Part shown: positions 58,601 to 64,000 of the stretch, piece by piece
How the letters are laid out: the number at the start of each line of letters is the position of its first letter
Position numbering within the stretch: the stretch's first letter is position 1
NCBI GenBank assembly: GCA_938091905.1
Contig: CALKOM010000108.1
Coordinates: 23,193 to 87,192 of the forward strand
Origin: an uncultured Verrucomicrobiales bacterium
GTDB lineage: Bacteria > Verrucomicrobiota > Verrucomicrobiia > Verrucomicrobiales > DEV007
DNA: 64,000 nt
Direction: 5' to 3'
Program-made: the position numbers and the translations under genes
The notes under the pieces: generated by a model
What the model saw: only the letters and a program-made list of their open reading frames with translations
Database searches by the model: none
Told to the model about the DNA's origin: nothing

Positions 58601-61600
58601 CCGTAGTCTAACTGCAAGCTCGTGCGACCACTCCAGCGGTTGCGAAACAGAAGCATTCGCGTCTCGCGATTTGTCATCAAGGAGAGCAAGTCGGCATCTT
58701 CGGTCTGACCTGCGTAAGTCTCCACATATAACATTGCCTCAGCACTCACCCACGTCGCCTCAGAGGGAAAGGTTGTTGTTTTTCCGTCATAAACGACCTC
58801 GACCCCATCTCCAGCACCTTGCAAACGAACGGATTGGTAACCTGGTCTAGTAATCTCATAGCCAGGGTAGTCGAAAACACTGGGTGCAAAGTCCGCCTCT
58901 CCTGATAGCGCAACGTTTGGCGTGGCCTTCCCCTCAACTGCGGACGACACGTTTCCGTCCAAAGGGTAGTAGTATTGAACATTGGGATTCCCAAGAATCT
59001 TTCTGTAGGGTGCAGGGCCGTAGTCAATGACCGGGGGCTGGAAATTCTCGACGTAAGCAGACTCGACGATCTGTCGCACCGGCAACGTTTCCCTGGCAAA
59101 GCTACGTCGCCCATCTGGCCAGAGCACCTCCAGTTCGAGCCACTCCACGCCAGCATCTTGGGGCTCAATGGTGAAACGACTCCCGCGATGAGGTTCTGAA
59201 CTCGACGCCTCCCATATGACGTGCGCCTTCGACAAGTCTTCCTTACATTGAGCCTCGATTGTAGCTGTATCGCCTACGTGGAGGATCGCGGGTATTCCGC
59301 CAATCGATACCGTTGGAGGGGCCTCCCACCTATCTCGATGATCCTGCGCCGCCTGCATGAGATAGGTCATGGTGGCGAGAGATCGGCCGTGATCTAGAAT
59401 GACGAACTCGTTTCCAACATGCCAGGTGTCGGCGTGTCGATGATAGGTACCGTAGGGGATAGCAAACTGACTCTCATGCGAGTATGGTGGATATGTTAGC
59501 TTGCCCAACTGCGCCTGATAACGGTCCAAGAAAGGTAGGCTGGAGTTTACGCTGCCACTCGTATGTCCAATCGGTGGAAGCTTGCGTTCGTCGTTGTTTG
59601 CCCATTGCGAAACAAAGTTCCGTGGTTGCTTCCATCCCAGCCCGGAAAGAAAGGAGACGTTCAGTGGATTGCCTCCTGCTTGGTAATTCACATTGGACAG
59701 TAAGGTATGGCCATACTCTGGTTTCGGGTCGAGCAGTTCAGCCGCAATGAGGTCGAAACTCTCAGAGCCACCAAAGAAGTAATTCGTCGCCCCAAAGCGT
59801 TTGCTTTCCACCGTCACAGAAGCGCCGAACGGGCTGCCCTGGGCACGCGCAACTTGGTCATCTCCCGCGGCGATGATTTCCTCTAAGACATGATCAACGT
59901 AACGCCTCCCTCCAACAAGATCGCTTGCAAACGAACGCTCTTGTTCTCTCAAAGCACCCCGGTTAGAGAAGGCGTAGGTACGCATTGCGGCACCAACAGA
60001 CTCGTAAAGCCGCTGCCAGGTGAAGCGCCGGAAAGCTCGCCAAGCTTGAACGGTTGTGTTGTTAGGAATGAGATCTGGATCGTAGGGCATCCATTCGATG
60101 AGACGTTGCTCGTACTTGGATTGACCTGTCATGGAGAATAGAGCGGCAGCGGCATAGGCAAGTTCATCATTGGCATCAAACTTTTCTCCATAGTGAAAGA
60201 TACGTTGATGCCCGCCCAAAATCCCGTGCTTTTCCACGGCGGCTTCGATAAAGTCCCAACCACGCAGGGCTTGTTCACGATACCCCTCAGCGGCCTGTGG
60301 ATACACGGCTCGGAAAGCCGGCGAATTCCCTAACTGGGCAAGGGCACCTACAGCTACTCCAGATGAGATCAGCGTCTTGGGCCAGACCGCTTGGCGATAC
60401 CCTTCGGATGGCAATACATCGTTCTCAAACCGCCGATCTTGAGGATTCACCATGCTAAAGAATCCTCCGTCCGTGTCCTGCATCTTCGCTATATAGTCGG
60501 CCTCCCACTTCACTTCTTGTAAGAGATCACTCACGCCGTCGCCACTCTCAGGGAGACCTAAGTGATCAAAGGCCTGCGGCAGGTTGGCCCCAATTTCTAA
60601 TCCTTGATCTAGCATGAAAGCCAAGACGTGAACAAAGAGCCCACTGTTCTTCATGTACTTGGAATAATCTCCGGCATCGAAGTGACCGCCTGTCACATCC
60701 ACCCAGGGACCGTTTCCGGCACTGGTCTCTAACGCTTCCTCTCCACTGACGAGGCTCTTACGCCAGCGTACATCATCTAACATGCCATGGAAGAACGTCT
60801 CAGTGCCGAGCGAGGCGAGATTACCGAAGTAAAGAGGAAACTCGCCACCCGAAGGAAACGTGGACATCCCCAGCGTACTCGCAGCTTCACCTGCTGCAAG
60901 GTGGTCAACAAACAAGTGGAGCCCATTGGAATGATCTGCTTCGAAGCGCAACATGATAAAGTGCCAGGCTCCATCACCAACAACCCGCCACGGTGCCGAT
61001 ATCTCCACGCCTCCAAACGCTGCTTTCAACCCCTTCGTCACGGGGTCATAGCGGCATTCCCAACCTGCCCCTTTTGAAAAGAGGACTTGTTCTCGATTCG
61101 GTGTGTCCACGCGAATCCAAAAGGTCATGGTCAACTCACTCACCCCATGAAGTTTGGGTATCGCATTCACCCTGGCATGATCATCAACACCATCGAAGTG
61201 GAGAGCATGGTTCACCTTGCCGCCAGACTCTGCTCGAGCGAGGCCACCGAAGCGTTCACCATGGGCATCGTGGGCAGAAAGATCCCGCAGGCCTTCCGCT
61301 TCATCCATCGGCCACCAGGCAATGACATCCCCGACGTAAGGATAGAGTATCGTCTCAGCGTCCTGAACCTGCGGGGCCGGATGCACCGTGTCCTCTTTCT
61401 CGAAAAAAGAATCACTCTCCCGTTTCATCATCGCATAGGACGAGGACTCGGCCACATCATCAAAGGGGATGAATGAAGGGGCGGTGTGTCCCGGCCCATC
61501 TATAAAACGGGTGTAGGGAAGAGCATGATCCTGGGCGGACCGTTGATGATAGACTCCTAACGCCAAGGTCCTCGCCAAAGTCGAGGCCACTCCTTCATAG

Positions 61601-62460
61601 ATACCGAAGGGAAGAGAAGCCCCGAGACCAGGCACTCGCAGTCGATACCACCCAGGATCGACTACCTCAGAGAAATCTGCCTCCAATACACTCCGATAGG
61701 CGACCCAACGCTCATCGTCGCGTTGCGAGAAACTGCCAGTGTAGACCACACTACCATCTTCAGCGTCTATCAACTCAAAACCTGTTCCTAAATCGACTCC
61801 TAATGGAACCGTGAGTTCAGAGAACTCTCCTGTCGACGCGTCTGCAAGCACGTCCACAACCCACTCGTTCGTTGTCTCATCAACGCGGGTCACGCCGAGG
61901 TCTCCGAGATAGAGACTAACGAAGCCTTGTTTCAACCCTGGATGACCTCCCTCGTAGATGGGCTCGAACCCAACTTGACTCACATGAATGGCGGGACTCA
62001 CACGGCTAGTCGTCGCCTCGGTCACGAAAGACAGGCCTGAGAGATAATCCACCTCGTTGCCTGGAGAATCTTTCACTAAGATTTCGACGTCAGTGCTAAT
62101 GCTCTCGCCTAGCAGAAGAAAGATGGAGTTGCCTACCCGAAGATCATATTCTTTCAGCGGGGCGAAGAGCGGTCGTCGACTAAATCCAATACCCAGGATA
62201 GGGACCGGTGATCCATCCACTTCCACTTGAAACGCGTTCAGCGACGGCGCCGTGTCCTTGCGTCTGTCGACGTCTAGAAAGTCCCATGTCGTTGGAAAGG
62301 TCTGAGAATCGTCCGCTGGAAGCTCCTGGGTATTCACAAGATGCATCTCCAAAAGCCTTGGTGTGAGGACGCGTAGCGAATGCTCGCCCACCTCGGGAAC
62401 AGTAAGCGAGTGCTCTAGCAAAGGCGTTAGAAAAGCAAATAGACTAATGAGCGACGACAT
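55651..62460 (-). CDS. Very large glycoside hydrolase family 9 protein with LamG domains, PKD/Ig repeats and a C-terminal module
   Basis: CelD-like Ig domain (IHVSQVGF); GH9 motifs DVTGGHFDAGDYSKY, GGNPLNVSFLSGLG and WHVGNEF; LamG motifs (AWWPMDE...LHFDGVDD...GMLDDVR; LALYHFDG...IDELRVS); PKD repeats; C-terminal DPDGDRRVNLLE...FLALSI. Confidence 0.85.
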   Translation of the reverse strand: MSSLISLFAFLTPLLEHSLTVPEVGEHSLRVLTPRLLEMHLVNTQELPADDSQTFPTTWDFLDVDRRKDTAPSLNAFQVEVDGSPVPILGIGFSRRPLFAPLKEYDLRVGNSIFLLLGESISTDVEILVKDSPGNEVDYLSGLSFVTEATTSRVSPAIHVSQVGFEPIYEGGHPGLKQGFVSLYLGDLGVTRVDETTNEWVVDVLADASTGEFSELTVPLGVDLGTGFELIDAEDGSVVYTGSFSQRDDERWVAYRSVLEADFSEVVDPGWYRLRVPGLGASLPFGIYEGVASTLARTLALGVYHQRSAQDHALPYTRFIDGPGHTAPSFIPFDDVAESSSYAMMKRESDSFFEKEDTVHPAPQVQDAETILYPYVGDVIAWWPMDEAEGLRDLSAHDAHGERFGGLARAESGGKVNHALHFDGVDDHARVNAIPKLHGVSELTMTFWIRVDTPNREQVLFSKGAGWECRYDPVTKGLKAAFGGVEISAPWRVVGDGAWHFIMLRFEADHSNGLHLFVDHLAAGEAASTLGMSTFPSGGEFPLYFGNLASLGTETFFHGMLDDVRWRKSLVSGEEALETSAGNGPWVDVTGGHFDAGDYSKYMKNSGLFVHVLAFMLDQGLEIGANLPQAFDHLGLPESGDGVSDLLQEVKWEADYIAKMQDTDGGFFSMVNPQDRRFENDVLPSEGYRQAVWPKTLISSGVAVGALAQLGNSPAFRAVYPQAAEGYREQALRGWDFIEAAVEKHGILGGHQRIFHYGEKFDANDELAYAAAALFSMTGQSKYEQRLIEWMPYDPDLIPNNTTVQAWRAFRRFTWQRLYESVGAAMRTYAFSNRGALREQERSFASDLVGGRRYVDHVLEEIIAAGDDQVARAQGSPFGASVTVESKRFGATNYFFGGSESFDLIAAELLDPKPEYGHTLLSNVNYQAGGNPLNVSFLSGLGWKQPRNFVSQWANNDERKLPPIGHTSGSVNSSLPFLDRYQAQLGKLTYPPYSHESQFAIPYGTYHRHADTWHVGNEFVILDHGRSLATMTYLMQAAQDHRDRWEAPPTVSIGGIPAILHVGDTATIEAQCKEDLSKAHVIWEASSSEPHRGSRFTIEPQDAGVEWLELEVLWPDGRRSFARETLPVRQIVESAYVENFQPPVIDYGPAPYRKILGNPNVQYYYPLDGNVSSAVEGKATPNVALSGEADFAPSVFDYPGYEITRPGYQSVRLQGAGDGVEVVYDGKTTTFPSEATWVSAEAMLYVETYAGQTEDADLLSLMTNRETRMLLFRNRWSGRTSLQLDYGESTDIPEGLPLRKWVHLRLVKRPSSASVFLDGVEILTVADDRFVDWLDADNDVRFRIGSFHGRVSDMILKAGSGNLETIDPIKEIIPNAPGVDISPSPRLDLKDNFIPETTIHTDIDGLSYKWSGPNGILIDPVDSRMPNITFTQTGEFELLLRVTNPEGIARVERTFLSVRDLSGNQAPVVNAGPTQVSTIPVTWQPQASVSDDGLPENTLAYEWRQISGPGSAVFSDKLALAPDVTFPQRGVYVFELVANDSHRNSKDQVVVAVQDEIREQVPGAPFITDADTLALYHFDGDFSDSSGNGFHLTPEGEPTFSDNVAWMKEMSGQSVAFAALGQQLEANLPFTERGFTVEWRFYPVEFLAYSIRGVPLVSYYQDYDVRLAFFQNRWTIPNIGAFDFANETVVSAEVLEPYLPNNTWIEMAMRYNASGKADFYINGVLIHEQTMLMNTKPDEMWLLTLGNFGGLIDELRVSRGPRTVLLPNRAPLVALDPSGVLEEPGTVVSVPLTIIDGGTDLTYAWRVVSGDAADIIFADVTAPDSAITFANVGLFTLELTVSDGELSTAATSHWAVGRNAPPVIRAEDNEVILAFGTAFVPKVVIEDDTWVGNANVEVSWTVIDGDPSQVTFSDPAVVLPSVSFAEAGEYTFRLKVSDGEFESDAVFQITVLAKLLPPVIRNPEPETSLRLDDRFSPRLTIEGDGPFSYQWIVSVGLVDNVSFSDTTALNPTVQFAEAGEYQLTIMVRARDDVVTSTIQIAALPNLLPPVLRNHQPAGSLQLDEAFTPDLEIEGNGPFTYQWTVSHGETAHVLFSNPSTLNPTIQFTQVGEYELSIRASARDDEVTSTVQITVSSVPTPLERWRSANFLADTLTDETLQASVWGDLADPDGDRRVNLLEAYAGTNPLESDSVPFLSIRKTDGAIVLRWRRAQDPLGLSAKVLTSSTLEDFEPVVPAPSIITAGDESEVEARMSLSDVKGFLALSISSMP

Positions 62461-62588
62461 GACTGAATAAGCGTTTGCGATTCTGAAGGATTATCGGGCC
62501 TAGCATCCCCTCGAACCTCAGAACTAACATCGGAGAGTGCTCCACACATTCAAGCGATTCTTGGCCCAGCGAACCGTGTCCATGACTC

Positions 62589-63506
62589 TCAAAGTTGGTT
62601 CGGCTTCTTTGAAATTAAGGTATTCCGCCACCTAGAAATCGGTTTCATGAAGAGGGTGAGCGAGACGAGCATAAGCCATTTGAAGAGGAACAGGTTCTTC
62701 GTGTATTCCATGGCTAGATGAAGAGAGATGGCTGAAGCGATCGCCCAACGGCGTGTTTCCGTAAACCAAAGTCCGATTGGGATAAAACACTCCAGAGCAA
62801 GCACCGTCCAGGTAAGGAATTTCATCAGAAAAAGAGATTCCAAGAAGGTTCCCGGAACAGGAAACCGACCAAATACTCCGTCAAGACGCGACGCGTAGTA
62901 GAGGGCATGACCATTTACCCAGTCACGCCCGCGCAGTTTCTCACAGGCGGTGGATACGTAAACAAGCGCCAACTGAAGTTGCGCCAACCGAAGCGGCCAC
63001 ATTGGATGGTTGGGACGATCTGATTGAGGTCGATTATCGCAGGCAAAGTATTTGCCAGCCGGCAACAGAATGAGCAGGAAGGCAAAGAGGCGAAAGAGAT
63101 AGTCCTCCTCGTCGAAGATTAGCAGATTACGATGCTGGAACGAAGTGCACCAGACATAGACGCCAATAGCTTGCACGCGTGTGTAGAATCAGACTAACAA
63201 CAGCACGGTGTGTCCAATGAGTAGGAAATACGCACTCCAAAGAACAGAACCAGTCTTCGGTAGCCATGCGAACAAGGTAAACGCATCTGGATCAATGACC
63301 GTTCGCGAGGTGGCATAGTCAAAGACGCCTGATTCTCTAAACCCCTTGTTTAGATCAGGCCACCAAACGAGCACATTGATCAAAAGAAGTGTTGCATAGG
63401 CAATTCGAAAAATCCCGCAGCATGGCTGATAGGCTTCTGTGAAAAAGAAGCGGTTCCAAAGACCGCGGAGACTAACGGAATAGGAATCCATTGTCGATGA
63501 CGTCAA
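62589..63506 (-). pseudogene. HTTM-domain membrane protein with an internal stop
   Basis: ORFs 63189..63506 and 62589..63176 are in frame and read LLLV*FYTRVQA, with TGA at 63189-63191 where Gly is expected. Motifs WPLRLAQLQLALVY...KL...W..G.A and LHL. Confidence 0.75.
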
Positions 63507-63531
63507 CGGTCAAGATGCTCCCACTCACGCT

Positions 63532-63855
63532 TCAGAATGATATAGCGGCCATCCTTTGGCTGGGAGACCGATAGGTTTGGCGATCGCTCGGCGTGGTTGC
63601 TGGCGTTTCGTTCCAATGACGCGTCAACACCGCATGGGAGGGAGGCCCATGATCATCGATCTCGTGTTCAGCGACATAGCGGACAAGATTGCTCCAAGCA
63701 CTCGCGTTGCTGTCGTTCCTTACCGCGTCGAAGAATTCCATCTCCCGATGGTTTAAAAAACGCTGGAGCGGCGACTTCTCCGACCATTCAACGGACTGCC
63801 AAGTGCTCGTCTTACCGTTCTCTTAGGCGAAGGTTGCAGAGAGACTTGCATTAGG
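63532..63855 (-). pseudogene. Remnant of the gene upstream of the HTTM gene
   Basis: The frame reads SLSATFA*ENGKTSTWQSVEW...RFLNHREMEFFDAVRND...AWSNLVRYVA...LTRHW; internal TAA and no 5' end. Confidence 0.5.
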
Positions 63856-64000
63856 GCTAATCCATTAATTCGCTTAGAGCACTAACTCATTGACTGTCAG
63901 TTCACGATGGTGATATATATCGCTTGCAGATCCACTTCTATGACTGACAAACATCTTATTGATTCGGCTACGTGGGCCAAGTTGCGCCCCTTACTTACGC

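Noticed and set aside
63189..63191. In-frame TGA codons (2075, 55317, 63189) as selenocysteine or UGA-Gly recoding
   Set aside because: TGA terminates many ordinary genes here (e.g. nadE and the overlapping ATGA junctions). The positions are not Cys-equivalent. Neighbouring remnants also carry TAA/TAG stops and truncations, so decay explains them.
1..64000. CRISPR array, tRNA/rRNA genes, prophage or defence system
   Set aside because: No regularly spaced direct repeats, cloverleaf motifs, or phage or defence genes were recognised by eye; a covariance-model scan could still find small RNAs.

Overview
Chromosomal window from a PVC-superphylum bacterium, most likely Verrucomicrobiales (inferred from the RpoA N-terminus MPVRLARFEMP, DUF1501/CxxCH proteins, CotH-lamin-tail proteins and beta-propeller/cupredoxin proteins). 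Housekeeping genes (moaA, rpoA-rplQ, ispH, rpsF-ssb, tsaD, nadE) are interspersed with a PhnCDE-like ABC transporter, an ECF sigma/anti-sigma locus, HAD hydrolases, an MFS exporter and three very large secreted proteins (CotH/LTD, metzincin-cadherin-PA14, GH9-LamG-PKD). Main observations: (1) the three large proteins and an orphan remnant next to a truncated ISL3 share a ~130-aa C-terminal module, a candidate secretion or sorting domain; (2) two loci encode the same three modules (type-1 copper cupredoxin, DUF6797-like domain, sorbosone-dehydrogenase-like propeller), split at one locus and fused and permuted at the other; (3) the palindrome CTTTGT-N3-ACAAAG occurs upstream of a membrane-protein/winged-helix operon and again upstream of ispH; (4) about ten decayed accessory genes, one preceded by a degenerate attC-like site. 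No rRNA, tRNA or CRISPR array was recognised. All family assignments come from motif recognition by eye, not from database searches.
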